The translations under genes and the position numbers were made by a program. A stretch of 64,000 nucleotides of DNA, taken from positions 8,418-72,417 of the forward strand of contig JAYTOU010000049.1 of the NCBI GenBank assembly GCA_043747615.1, given 5' to 3'. Numbering within the stretch: the first letter of the stretch is position 1; each line of letters starts with the position of its first letter. Shown here piece by piece: positions 16,801-25,763 of this stretch. Under the pieces are notes generated by a model. It was not told the DNA's origin. It did not search any database and saw only the letters and a list, made by a program, of their open reading frames with translations. Source of the DNA: Myxococcales bacterium (GTDB lineage Bacteria; Myxococcota_A; Polyangia; Polyangiales; Polyangiaceae).

Positions 16801-19258
16801 GCCCATAGAGGCTGGCCGCACCAGCGTCATCGCTCAAGCGAAGCTCGTCGATCTCTGCGGCACGTACGAGATGACGGGCGCGCTCGGTTGGCGTCGTGGC
16901 GTCGGTCGCCAGCTCCTCGAGCGCAGCCCGCAGTCCCTCGTGATCGCCCAAGCTCTCCAGCACGCGCGCGATCGCTTCGGGCGGCACGGGATGTTTGGAA
17001 TCGAGCTTTCTCGCCGCCTTGAGCGACGCCAGCGCTTCCCGAGGGAGATTGAGCCTCGTTTTCTGCACGTCTGCTTGAGCGAGCCAGAGCGCGAGCTTTT
17101 CCTTGTCGTCCTTGGCCTGACCGATCCGCGCGGAGAGGGCGCGGCCCGCGAGCTCCCAACGCCCGGCTGCCTCGTGCAGCTGACTCTCGAGCTTTCGCGC
17201 CTGGGCTTGCGAGGGAGACGCCTTGAGGACGTCTTCGACCAGAGCGAGCGCGCGGTCCGCGTCGACGCCGGCAAGCACCTCGGCGGCACGCGTCGTGAGC
17301 TCGAGCTTCGTCGCTTGGTCGCCCGCGTCGCGTGCTTCATCGAGGAGCGCGCGCGACACAGCACGCGGATTTTTCGCGCGGGCTGCCGTCCTCTCGAGAC
17401 CGAGGAGAGCTCCTCGCCTATGCGGATCGATCGTCAGTACTGCCTCGTACGCTTTGCCAGCGAGCTCGGACTCGCCCATCACTTCTTCCCACAGGAGCGC
17501 GACCTTCTCGAGGTAAGCCACCTTACGGGCGGGATCTTTCGTTCGATCCGCCGCATGCGCGTAGAGCGCAATCCGGGCCCTCACGTCACCACTCGCTGGC
17601 TCGCTCGGCGCAGCAGTGAGGAGGCGCGTAAGGGGATCGAAAACTTCCGCGCTCTCCGGTGACGTCACCCACGCGGCACGCAAATGGGCGATGGCATCGG
17701 CCGTACGCCCGAGGGACTCGCAAATCTCCGCCGCCCGAACCAGCGCGTAGGTGCGCTTCTCGTCGTCGGTGGAGCGAGCGGATTCGTCCGCCCACAGAGT
17801 CGCGCGTGCGTCCTGCTTTCCGGCCGCCGCGAGGAGACGATCCGCCCACGCTAGGAGCGCTTCGTCAGAGGGATCAAGCGCGCGCGCCCGTTCGATCTCG
17901 CGGATCGCGCCTTCGGTGTCGCCCAGCTGCTCCGAGAGCGTGGCGAGAGCGCGGTGTTCGTGCGACTCCGGAAGCGGTGTCGCGAAGAACTTGAGCCGCG
18001 CGCGGCGGGCGCGAAGTGCATCTGCGGGTCGCCCGGCACCCTCGTGGATCCTCACGAGCTCGTCGAGGATCCGCCTTTCGGTGGCTGGTAACATTTGAGT
18101 GCGTGTCGCCGCTCGTTCGAGTAGGCGCGTCGCCCGCGGCACGTCGTCGAGGCGCGCGGCAGCGATGCAGGCTGCATCGAGCTCGAGCCACGCCGACCGC
18201 GCGCCGTTCGGCTCGATGCCGGCCTCGTCCTCGAGCAGGGTGACGAGCGACGCCGCGTCTTGATGGATGGCCGCGTGCCTGATGCAAGCATTTCGCACCG
18301 GACCAACGCCCGAGTCGATGACGAGCGCGCGCGAAAGCGCTTCCCACGCTCCGTCGGTCTGACCGAGTTTTCGATCGAGAATTTGAGCCCGTTCGACGTG
18401 TAGCCAGGCCGCGAGCTTCGGCTCGGACGCGTAGGCCACCGCCATTCGCGCGAGGTGCGCCGCGTGCTCTTCGTAGGCCTTCGTTCCTCCCTTGGCGGCC
18501 ATACGGACGGCTTCGATACCTTTGAGCGCAGCGGGATGCTCGGGCGCTGCGGCGAGCGCGTCTTCCCACGCTACACGGATCGCTTCGGGCTTTTCGCCCG
18601 CCGCTTCGAGGAGCCGCCCACGCTCCGCGATCAGATCCGCGCGCGATCCATCCGAGCACGCCGAGATCTCGGACCCGAGGTGCTCGAGCAGGACCTTCGC
18701 GCTCGACCGGCCATGCTGCGTGCGTCGCAGAAGCGCGTGCGCGGCCGTGAGGTCGGGATCGATCTTGAGCGCAGCGTGCGCATGGAGCGTTGCCCGCGAT
18801 CCGTCGCCGAGCACCTCCTCGGCGAGCGCGATCTCGAGCTCCACCCGCGCGATGCCGATCTTGTCACTCTTCGCCGCAAGCGCGGATTTTCGGGCGACGA
18901 GCGCGTCGACCAGCTCCGAAAGGCGGGTGCGCACGATGACGGGCACACCCGGCGTCTTCAGCGGCACGACACCGAGCGGCGTGCGCAACGACACCGTCGT
19001 CTGCATCGGCGGCACCTTTGTGACACGGCCCTTCGGGAGGGGCGGCGGCGGCTTGGGAAATTTGGACCCTTGCATGGGCGTTGGGTGACGCGACCCCGGG
19101 ATGGGGGGCGGAGCCGACGGAGCCCTCGGCGCGATGGGAGCGGAACCCGTGGGCGGAGGCTTCGGCGCACCGGCACGCGGCACTTCGACGTCCTCTACGG
19201 CGAGGAGATCGTCGACACCGTCGGATGCTGCGAGATCGCTGGTGGGAGGGTCGGCCAT
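13850..19258 (-). CDS. Giant TPR-repeat protein (1802 aa) with C-terminal inactive M48-like domain
   Basis: Many A...Y/L..AL..DP repeats; Pro-rich N-terminus; no signal peptide; myxobacterial AgmK-like architecture. Confidence 0.88.
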   Translation of the reverse strand: MADPPTSDLAASDGVDDLLAVEDVEVPRAGAPKPPPTGSAPIAPRAPSAPPPIPGSRHPTPMQGSKFPKPPPPLPKGRVTKVPPMQTTVSLRTPLGVVPLKTPGVPVIVRTRLSELVDALVARKSALAAKSDKIGIARVELEIALAEEVLGDGSRATLHAHAALKIDPDLTAAHALLRRTQHGRSSAKVLLEHLGSEISACSDGSRADLIAERGRLLEAAGEKPEAIRVAWEDALAAAPEHPAALKGIEAVRMAAKGGTKAYEEHAAHLARMAVAYASEPKLAAWLHVERAQILDRKLGQTDGAWEALSRALVIDSGVGPVRNACIRHAAIHQDAASLVTLLEDEAGIEPNGARSAWLELDAACIAAARLDDVPRATRLLERAATRTQMLPATERRILDELVRIHEGAGRPADALRARRARLKFFATPLPESHEHRALATLSEQLGDTEGAIREIERARALDPSDEALLAWADRLLAAAGKQDARATLWADESARSTDDEKRTYALVRAAEICESLGRTADAIAHLRAAWVTSPESAEVFDPLTRLLTAAPSEPASGDVRARIALYAHAADRTKDPARKVAYLEKVALLWEEVMGESELAGKAYEAVLTIDPHRRGALLGLERTAARAKNPRAVSRALLDEARDAGDQATKLELTTRAAEVLAGVDADRALALVEDVLKASPSQAQARKLESQLHEAAGRWELAGRALSARIGQAKDDKEKLALWLAQADVQKTRLNLPREALASLKAARKLDSKHPVPPEAIARVLESLGDHEGLRAALEELATDATTPTERARHLVRAAEIDELRLSDDAGAASLYGRALAETPDDELIVERLVRVLARIAPAMALATLLPAGVDAPSTTLGRAGAFERAMLLLGAGTDVAQATALVESVLAQDPNHVPALRTLEGIARATCSLPLLANTLCQEAAAFSSPIAKLGALWGVAALVEWQLPESTDAAVYQRILELAPGDRAALDASLRRALVHTRMADSSGRALAVSALRGLLRHASDDTGILAIHLQLGTLLEREGDPTDPGAADAIEHYRAALRIDPLSVTAASGAARLATQLRDAEAGLVAAVALADLATDPKVRARHLLEAADLLLTAQEPRLGEPKGRRLRAAEMLEQALEADPESIPAAGRLGTLRAEEHQNDRLVAAFRSAIRRAQAPDAIVMLGGEIARIARDELHDLTIAIDAMRRVREVAPRHIPSLLTLAELYIAHRGWREAIEVLETVVSTSRETPQKLTALFGLASLYERVVAQPADVERVLRAALDLEPTGPRALRALIRHLRTTEASAPGAVREQLAGLLERLVDAEPTAEAKQAILMEVFDLRTSMEDRAGAERALIEAAAQAPNANVLARLTAFHEGDQTSQARALAAVVSRGQKLGRVDAGWLAALGELEVESMGRSQEGISHLRQAVQLDPTLFESRFHLSRALARIGGNEEAAGTLLPMITPDPHPFLALKDQGAGLELLERVLSSSRRGEEAIAVRELRDLAGGLDDGAHVWLRSRRLPYDPSSVEGLDRATLVKRALPPEGRHVLLEVAAAASGMEGKIFRANLSELGISARERIGARSGHPFRAQLDRVMRILALEEVELAISDTVSFARVFIQDVPWLVVPPALTGQPEPLQLAAIARALTRVALRVPWIEDLPPPHVHAYLVAVGRQVVPDFASEAEDRYVAELVASYQPRVAHAIGRKQRKLLADLSPQLESARITAQEIEELVHAVARAESRVAFLASGELLSTFDELRALDAVFARTSSTRDTRALAAVLTHPLAGDVARFAMSPEATALRWRIGTVWGAAKS

Positions 19259-19382
19259 CGGAGCGGAGTCATCCTCTCACGAGTTCGCAAACGCTTCTAC
19301 TGGACGCGCGGCCGGGCTAGCCCGTCCCGGATCTCTTATCGTTAGCCTATGATGCCTTCGTGAACGATCGAGTTGTATCAAA

Positions 19383-19961
19383 ATGAAGCCGGGCCTCGGC
19401 GTGCGTCATTGCCCGCACTGCAATGCAAAAGTCGCAGGCGCCGGGAGCAAGCTCCTCCGTGACTGTCCGTCGTGCGGCGCGAATCTCGACGGACACTCGT
19501 TCTCACGACCAGCGAAGCAAAGTGGCGCGCTCATCCCGTGGATCGTCGTCGCGCTCTCATGCGTAGTGATAGGGATCGGTATCGCGGTATTCTTCCAAGT
19601 GCGTGCACTGCAGGAAAAAACGCCTGCGACGAGCGCGGCGGTGACGGCCGACGCTGGCCCCTCTCCAAGCTCCCATCTGCTCGCCTTCAAGACCTTCGAG
19701 CGTGAGGCGGCGACGCAGCAACTGAGCGACGCGGCGGAGACCATCGATGATTGCCGCGAACCGGGAGGACCAGCGAGCAGCACCATCGTCACCACGATCG
19801 TGCTTCAACCCAATGGAAAGGTGAGCGACGTCACCTTCGCCCGCTCGGGGTTCAACGAGACCGCCGCGGGCAAGTGCATCATCGAGCGCTTCTCGAAGAT
19901 CCGTGTCCCGCCTTTTTCCGGGCCTAGCGAGAAGCTCTCGAAGTCCGTCACGCTGCCGTGA
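19383..19961 (+). CDS. Double zinc ribbon, TM and TonB-C-like (AgmX/PglI C-terminal-like) protein
   Basis: CPHC...CPSC; one TM; C...IVLQPNGKVSDV...KCI..RF..IRVPPFSG. Confidence 0.75.
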   Translation: MKPGLGVRHCPHCNAKVAGAGSKLLRDCPSCGANLDGHSFSRPAKQSGALIPWIVVALSCVVIGIGIAVFFQVRALQEKTPATSAAVTADAGPSPSSHLLAFKTFEREAATQQLSDAAETIDDCREPGGPASSTIVTTIVLQPNGKVSDVTFARSGFNETAAGKCIIERFSKIRVPPFSGPSEKLSKSVTLP

Positions 19962-21322
19962 CGACGCCCGCGACAGAGACGCGTTTGCCGGGCGACTACG
20001 GGTGGCTCCTCGTCGTGAGCTTCCTCCTCGGTCTGGTGATGCTCCTCTCGGCCGGGATCTACGATGGTCCTCTCGCAGAGCCCTCACTCGCGGTGGTGAT
20101 GGTGGCCCTCGGCATCCTTGGCTGGCGCTTTTTCAAGCAGGTGTCGCAGCGCCCCTCCGCGGACGAGACGACCCGAGCCTGGGCGCCTCTTGCTCTCGCC
20201 GCGCTCGTCGCTTTCGTCGCGATGGGATTCTTCGACGTCCGACTCTTGCTCGATGCCAAGCGACCATGGCCCGTGATCCATGCGTCGCAAACTGTGTTCG
20301 TCCTTCTCCTCGCCTCGTACGTCCCGGGGATCAGCGGGCGCGTGAGCGAGACAACGCGCTGGAGGGATGCGCGCTTCCTCCTCTTCGGAGCGCTCGTGAT
20401 TGCCTGCGGGTGCGAAACGATCGCGGTCTCGCCCCTACCGCACATCGACGTCTGGACGACGCACACGAACGGCGCGCGCGCATTTCTCCACGCAGACAAT
20501 CCCTACACGAGCGTGTGGACGCGCGACACCGGACCAGGGCACGATCCAATCCCCTACGTGTACTCGCCGACTACGATCTACGCGTGCAGCCTTGGGCTCC
20601 TCCTCGGAGGAGACGTGCGCTACGCGATGCTGGCGTGCCTCGTCGTCACCGGCATTGCCATCCGCTACGTGGCGCGAGGCTCGAACGAACCGAAGTCCTC
20701 TTTCGTCGAAGACGCTCCGGTGCTCTTTTTTTGGCTCAATCCAAAGCTATTTTTCGTTCTCGAGCAGTGCTGGAACGACCCTTTTCCTCTCAGTCTGATT
20801 GCCCTCGCGGTGCTCGCCCATACGCGCACGCGCCCTATTCTCACCGCTGCGCTACTCGGTCTAGCGGTCACCGCGAAGCAAAGCATGTTCTGGCTCGTCC
20901 CTCTCGGCGGTGTTCTGCTTGGGTTTCATGTGCGGCAATGGATTGCCTTCGTCGGCTTCGCGGCCGCACCGGAGCTGCCTTTTGCGATGTGGAATTTTCG
21001 CGCGCTTAAATATGCGAACTTCGATTTTCTCGTTGGTCAGCCGCCGCGACTGGATGCTCTCACCCCGATCAACTGGCTCTATCGCCACTTCGCCATTCCG
21101 CCGAGCGGCCTCCCCGGCACGCTCCTCGGCGCTTCGGTGGTCGGGGTCTCGATGCTTCGTTTAAAGCGGACGGCGCCCCTCTTCGTCCTCGCCGTGACCT
21201 TCTCGTATTTCCTGTTTTTCGTCTTCAACAAGTGGGCATTCTGCAATTACTATTTCTTCCTTGCGGGGGTCGCGTCGCTCGCTGCCGCAGCTGCGCTTTT
21301 CCATCCAACGGCAATCAAGTAG
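19958..21322 (+). CDS. GT-C membrane glycosyltransferase (GT87/DUF2029-like)
   Basis: P.IDV...GA..FL...NPY...YVYSP loop; GDVRY; WND; AKQ; many TMs; GTGA overlap with upstream gene. Confidence 0.65.
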   Translation: MTTPATETRLPGDYGWLLVVSFLLGLVMLLSAGIYDGPLAEPSLAVVMVALGILGWRFFKQVSQRPSADETTRAWAPLALAALVAFVAMGFFDVRLLLDAKRPWPVIHASQTVFVLLLASYVPGISGRVSETTRWRDARFLLFGALVIACGCETIAVSPLPHIDVWTTHTNGARAFLHADNPYTSVWTRDTGPGHDPIPYVYSPTTIYACSLGLLLGGDVRYAMLACLVVTGIAIRYVARGSNEPKSSFVEDAPVLFFWLNPKLFFVLEQCWNDPFPLSLIALAVLAHTRTRPILTAALLGLAVTAKQSMFWLVPLGGVLLGFHVRQWIAFVGFAAAPELPFAMWNFRALKYANFDFLVGQPPRLDALTPINWLYRHFAIPPSGLPGTLLGASVVGVSMLRLKRTAPLFVLAVTFSYFLFFVFNKWAFCNYYFFLAGVASLAAAAALFHPTAIK

Positions 21323-21331
21323 GTTCGACTC

Positions 21332-22363
21332 ATGTCGCCCACGATGCTCATCGTCTTGCTGGCGAGTTTTTTCCTCGCCGTAGTGAATGGCGCGAACGAC
21401 GTCTCCAAGGGCATCGCCACCCTGGTGGGGAGCGCCGTCACCGACATCCGGCGCGCCATTATGGTCGGAGCCATCTTCACGGGCTTCGGGGCGTTGGCCG
21501 GAGCAGGGTTTCTCAGCGACACGGCACGAACGTTCGGCACCGACTTACTGGTGGACGGTGTCGTTCCCACTCCGGCCGCGGCGATTGCCGTAGTCGTCGG
21601 CGCCGGGCTGTGCGTTCTCCTCGCGACGATCCTGGCCATTCCGATTTCCACCACCCACGCTCTCGTAGGCGCGATGGGCGGAGTGGGCATGCTCGCTTTC
21701 GGAATGCACAGCGTCCGCGTCGGCGCAGTGCTCCTTAAGGTGGCGATCCCTCTCGCCCTCAGCCCGCTCCTCGCTTTCGCGATGACGGTCGGCCTCACCC
21801 GTTTCATGCTCGCGCAGAAAGAAAGCGGCCAAGCCTCCGGGCGCGCCGACACGATCGTGGGAACGATGTCGGCGCAGATGGTCGACAAGTTCGCGAAGTC
21901 GCACTGGTTCGTCAGCTGCGGAACGAGCTTTGGCCGCGGAATGCTCGATGCTCCGAAGCTCCTCGCTCTACCGCTCGCGGCCGGCACTGTCAGCGGCAAC
22001 AACGAGCTTCAGTACGCGCTCTTCCTCATCATCGCTGGCGGGATGGTGGTCGGAAGCGTCGTCGGCGGCGCACGGGTAACGAAGACAATGTCGGAGCGCA
22101 TCACGCGGATAGGATCGGGCTCGGGGTTCGTGGCCGCGCTCGTCACGGCGCTCCTCGTGAACGCTGCCGCCGTGACGGAACTTCCGATCTCCACCACCCA
22201 GGTCTCGTTCACGGCGATCGTCGGGACGTCGGTGGGCGCGCACGGCGGGATGCGGCTGAACATGGCCACCGTGCGCCGCGCCGTCATCGCTTGGTTGCTC
22301 ACGCTCCCCGTCGCCGCGCTCTTCGCCATCGTCGTCTACGTCATCATCTCCAAGCTAATCTGA
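21332..22363 (+). CDS. PiT-family inorganic phosphate/anion transporter
   Basis: NGANDV, PISTTHALVG, second PISTT. Confidence 0.88.
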   Translation: MSPTMLIVLLASFFLAVVNGANDVSKGIATLVGSAVTDIRRAIMVGAIFTGFGALAGAGFLSDTARTFGTDLLVDGVVPTPAAAIAVVVGAGLCVLLATILAIPISTTHALVGAMGGVGMLAFGMHSVRVGAVLLKVAIPLALSPLLAFAMTVGLTRFMLAQKESGQASGRADTIVGTMSAQMVDKFAKSHWFVSCGTSFGRGMLDAPKLLALPLAAGTVSGNNELQYALFLIIAGGMVVGSVVGGARVTKTMSERITRIGSGSGFVAALVTALLVNAAAVTELPISTTQVSFTAIVGTSVGAHGGMRLNMATVRRAVIAWLLTLPVAALFAIVVYVIISKLI

Positions 22364-22370
22364 GCGCTCG

Positions 22371-22540
22371 AGGCTCCTTCCAAGGTCGACTCTCTACGAT
22401 CAAGTCGCCAGGTTCGGGAAGGTTGTAGTTCGTCTCGCCTGGTAGTTATCGATTGGGCGCCCGCTGTTAAACACGGCGAAGCGCTTACATCTCTGCAAGC
22501 GCTCTGCCTTCTACCTTGTCTTCTTCCGACCGGAAGGCCT
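22371..22540. ncRNA. Candidate structured RNA or element filling a convergent intergenic gap
   Basis: Complementary ends AGG(CT)CCTTCC(AA)GGTCG...CGACC-GGAAGG-CCT plus internal hairpins; family not recognised. Confidence 0.3.
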
Positions 22541-25500
22541 TACGGATTCAGCGTGACCGTCTGCACGCCCCAGTAGCCGCTGGAGAGAAACAGCTTGTCG
22601 TCCTGGCGGGCGAGCGAGGACGTCGACCAGCCGCGTGTGCGGACGAACTGATCGAAGACCGGAGGCGCATTGTCGCTCAGCTTGAAGATGTCGACGCCCG
22701 CGTTTCCCCAGCCGGAGGTGACGATGGCCCGGTCGCCTTCGACGCCGAGGAGCCAGCCCCAGCCTTTTTGCTGAGCGGAAGCGCGGTCCACGGGATGGCT
22801 CGGGTCGCTGAGATCGAGCTGGTGAAGCGTAACGCGGGGGCCGTCGGTCGGAGTGTTGTACGTGTAACGCTCCGAGGACATGTAGGCAGTGTTGCCTCGC
22901 ACGAAGACGTTGCCGACGTAGCCGTCGAGCTCGGTCGTGCTCTGGAGATAGGCGAGGCCGCCATCGATCTTGACGACGGAGATCTCGTCCTTCGCCGTGG
23001 TGCCGTTCCAGCGATAGTCGACGGTGTAGAGGAGCGACGGATCGGTCTCCGACGCGCCGACGAGAAGGCCGGGAACGTTGATCTTCGAGCCGACGCGGGG
23101 GTGAGCGCGGTCTGAGAGATCGATCTGGTCGAGGTAATATTTCACCACGCCGTTACCGGTGAGAGGCTGCTCGATCCACTCGTAGTGCGTGGTGTAGAGC
23201 TTGTCGCCGACGGCCCTCATGTTGCCCCACCACGCGTTCTCGTCCTCGGTGATGAGCGTGGAGGCGAGCGCGGGAGAATCGGGGTTCTTGAGGTCGACGA
23301 CGTAGAGGCTCTGATCGGCGCGCCACTTGCCGTTCTCGGTGTAGACGGGTGACCAGCGACGGAAGGCGAGCACGTCGCCGTTCACTTGGATCGCGTCGGA
23401 CCCGTCGTACCAATCGTACCAGTAGTACCCGCCCCATCCCCAGCCGAAGCCACCCCAGTATCCGCCATAGTAGTCCGGCGAGATGGGCAGGGTGATCTTG
23501 CCGCGCGGGGTCGCCTGGCCGTTCGCGAGATCGACGACTTGAATCTGGGGTGCGGGGGCGAAGCAGTCGGCGGGGCCACTGGGGCTGCCTGGGTCGCGCG
23601 AGGGGCCGGCGCCGTTGTACGTCTGGCAAGGCACTTTGGTGCGGACGTTGGTGACGACGTACGCGAGGTCGCCGTTGCGGAACGCGCGGGCATTCACGCC
23701 ATCGATTTTCAGAGTGACTGCCGCGGTGTCCTGGGTCTCGTCGGCATTGGCGATCGGCAGGACGCGCATCTCCGAGCTCGTGGAATCATTCTCCCACCAG
23801 TCGCTCGAGAGCTCCGAGATCGTTCCGCCTTGCGGGCGGGCGCTGACGACGTTGCGGGCCAGGGTGAGCTCGTTCACGACGCGCGGGTTGTTGCGGTCCG
23901 AGTAGTCGACGACCGAGAGCTCGAGATCGCTGAGCGACAGGACGCGCCCCTTTGCTAGAATGCCACGCTCGACCCAGCCGTGCGTCTTCGCCGCGCCGGC
24001 GGTGCGGATGGTGGTGGGAGTGAACTCGATCAGCTGAACGCCGTTGTTGTACGCCCCCGAATTCTGGCTCCATCCGCTGAAGGGGAGAACGACCAGCCCC
24101 TGCGCGTCGTCTTTGATGAACGCCTTGAAGGTGCCTTGCGCGGGAGTCCACGCCCAGCCGTCGCCGAACTTCGAGGTGCCCAGGACCGCGGGGTGCGCCG
24201 CATCGGTTACGTCGATGTAACGAAGCGACACCTGGCCACCCTGGTTGCTGCTCTCATTGCCCAACGCAAAGAGCTTGTTTCCCGCGGGAATGAAGTTCCA
24301 GACGCTCCCCGTGATGGAGGTCGAGCCTGCGAGCTTCGGAGACGCGGGATTCGCGAGATCGAAGATCTGGATCGGTGTCGAGTTGCCGCTGCTGCCGCTG
24401 TAGTAGTAGCCGTCACTGGGCGACAGATACATGCGCGTGCCGTCGAAGCGAGCTGCGACGCTCCAGTCCGTGCCAGCGATGCTCAGACTGGAAGCGACGG
24501 TCGGCGCGTCGGGGTTCGAAAAATCCACGGTGGAGAGCGCGTAGCCGTTTTGATTGCCGCAGTACTGCCCGTTGCAGCCGAGGACGTGGGCGAATTTTTC
24601 GTCAGCGAAATCGAGATTCCAGCGTCCGTTGTCGGTGCCCCACGCTTGCAAGCTGCCGTTCACGGTGGCCCTGCCGCGGAGCGCGATCGTGCCGCCCGGA
24701 TCGGTGATGTCGATGTACTGCAGCTCGCTCTTGCCGCTCGAACCGCTGTAAGGCTGCGACGGATCCGAGGGGATCTCGTGAGCCAGCATGATGGCGTTCG
24801 GCGTGACGTTGAAGACCGCGCTGTAGCCGGTAAACTCCTTGGTGCCCTTCGCCAGGATCGCGCCGCCGGCGAAGCTCACCGAGGAGACGACCACCTTCGG
24901 ACCCCGATTTGCGCTGCCGCCAACGGGGCTCGTGCCGCCGCCCGAAACGACCACTCCGTCACCACCACTTGCACCACCGCCAGCGAAGCCCAGCCCACCG
25001 CCGTATCCGTAGTCCCAGATTCCGTAGTACCAGCCGTAGTCTTCGCTGACGGCGTAGAGGACGTCGCCAACGACGCGGGTGTCGCGGATCCATCCGCCGA
25101 GCTTCGCTTCGCCTGTCGTTCGGATGTTCGAGGGGTCGCTCGCGTCGATGCCGCGGACAATCGAGCCGTGGAACGGACTGCCGTCTTCCAAGCGCCCGTA
25201 CCAATCGGCCACGACGACGGTCGCGACTCCGTTGCGCACGATCATCTCGACCGGGCTTCCGAAGATCGGCGCGCGGCCGAGGAGCTTCGGCTGGTCGATG
25301 TTGGTCACGTCGAAGACCATGAGCCCGCGGTACGAGTTCAAGTAGTAGAGGCGGTTGCCTTCGAGACGGTAGAGATCCGTCTCCTCGACTTTGCGCTGGG
25401 CCGGGAGCGGTGCCGAGGCTTTTGGTGCTGCTGCACCTGCGTTTTGCGCGTCGCCGCCGAACGAGCTCGCGCTTCCACCGTGACCACCGGCGCGACTTCC

Positions 25501-25653
25501 GCCGGGAGGCGCCGACTGGAAAGCCGTCTGCCCTTTCACGCGCGCATCGGGGTTGTTGTTGCTTCCGCCGCTGCATGCCGGGAAGAGCACGGAGCTTGCG
25601 ACGAGCGCGGTGAGGGTGGCGAGAGAGGCTGAGAAGGTTCGGCGGGAAGCCAT
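22540..25653 (-). CDS. Beta-propeller domain lipoprotein (Beta_propel/LVIVD-like)
   Basis: Lipobox FPAC; VEETDLYRL...LYYLNSYRGLMVFDV; repeated D..NP..P blades; HKAF-like FKAF motif; GAAGGAG RBS. Confidence 0.8.
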   Translation of the reverse strand: MASRRTFSASLATLTALVASSVLFPACSGGSNNNPDARVKGQTAFQSAPPGGSRAGGHGGSASSFGGDAQNAGAAAPKASAPLPAQRKVEETDLYRLEGNRLYYLNSYRGLMVFDVTNIDQPKLLGRAPIFGSPVEMIVRNGVATVVVADWYGRLEDGSPFHGSIVRGIDASDPSNIRTTGEAKLGGWIRDTRVVGDVLYAVSEDYGWYYGIWDYGYGGGLGFAGGGASGGDGVVVSGGGTSPVGGSANRGPKVVVSSVSFAGGAILAKGTKEFTGYSAVFNVTPNAIMLAHEIPSDPSQPYSGSSGKSELQYIDITDPGGTIALRGRATVNGSLQAWGTDNGRWNLDFADEKFAHVLGCNGQYCGNQNGYALSTVDFSNPDAPTVASSLSIAGTDWSVAARFDGTRMYLSPSDGYYYSGSSGNSTPIQIFDLANPASPKLAGSTSITGSVWNFIPAGNKLFALGNESSNQGGQVSLRYIDVTDAAHPAVLGTSKFGDGWAWTPAQGTFKAFIKDDAQGLVVLPFSGWSQNSGAYNNGVQLIEFTPTTIRTAGAAKTHGWVERGILAKGRVLSLSDLELSVVDYSDRNNPRVVNELTLARNVVSARPQGGTISELSSDWWENDSTSSEMRVLPIANADETQDTAAVTLKIDGVNARAFRNGDLAYVVTNVRTKVPCQTYNGAGPSRDPGSPSGPADCFAPAPQIQVVDLANGQATPRGKITLPISPDYYGGYWGGFGWGWGGYYWYDWYDGSDAIQVNGDVLAFRRWSPVYTENGKWRADQSLYVVDLKNPDSPALASTLITEDENAWWGNMRAVGDKLYTTHYEWIEQPLTGNGVVKYYLDQIDLSDRAHPRVGSKINVPGLLVGASETDPSLLYTVDYRWNGTTAKDEISVVKIDGGLAYLQSTTELDGYVGNVFVRGNTAYMSSERYTYNTPTDGPRVTLHQLDLSDPSHPVDRASAQQKGWGWLLGVEGDRAIVTSGWGNAGVDIFKLSDNAPPVFDQFVRTRGWSTSSLARQDDKLFLSSGYWGVQTVTLNP

Positions 25654-25702
25654 GGGATCTCCTTCGGCGGGTGTGCCAGCGGCGTTAGGTAGGAGTCCTC
25701 TA

Positions 25703-25719
25703 AGCAGGAGCCGAGCCAA
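25703..25719 (-). promoter_or_regulatory. Sigma-54 promoter for the beta-propeller gene
   Basis: Minus strand TTGGCTCG-GCTC-CTGCT (GG-N10-GC). Confidence 0.6.
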
Positions 25720-25763
25720 GAAGGCAGTCCCCGATTTGCCTATATTTTCTGGCCGTCTTCGAC

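Noticed and set aside
21332..22363. Degenerate second PiT signature (GRGMLD) as a pseudogene sign
   Set aside because: ORF intact and Asp retained; resembles a subfamily variant
22407..22430. SRP RNA-like CAGG...GGAAGG string
   Set aside because: Helix around the tetraloop does not pair and AGCA is missing
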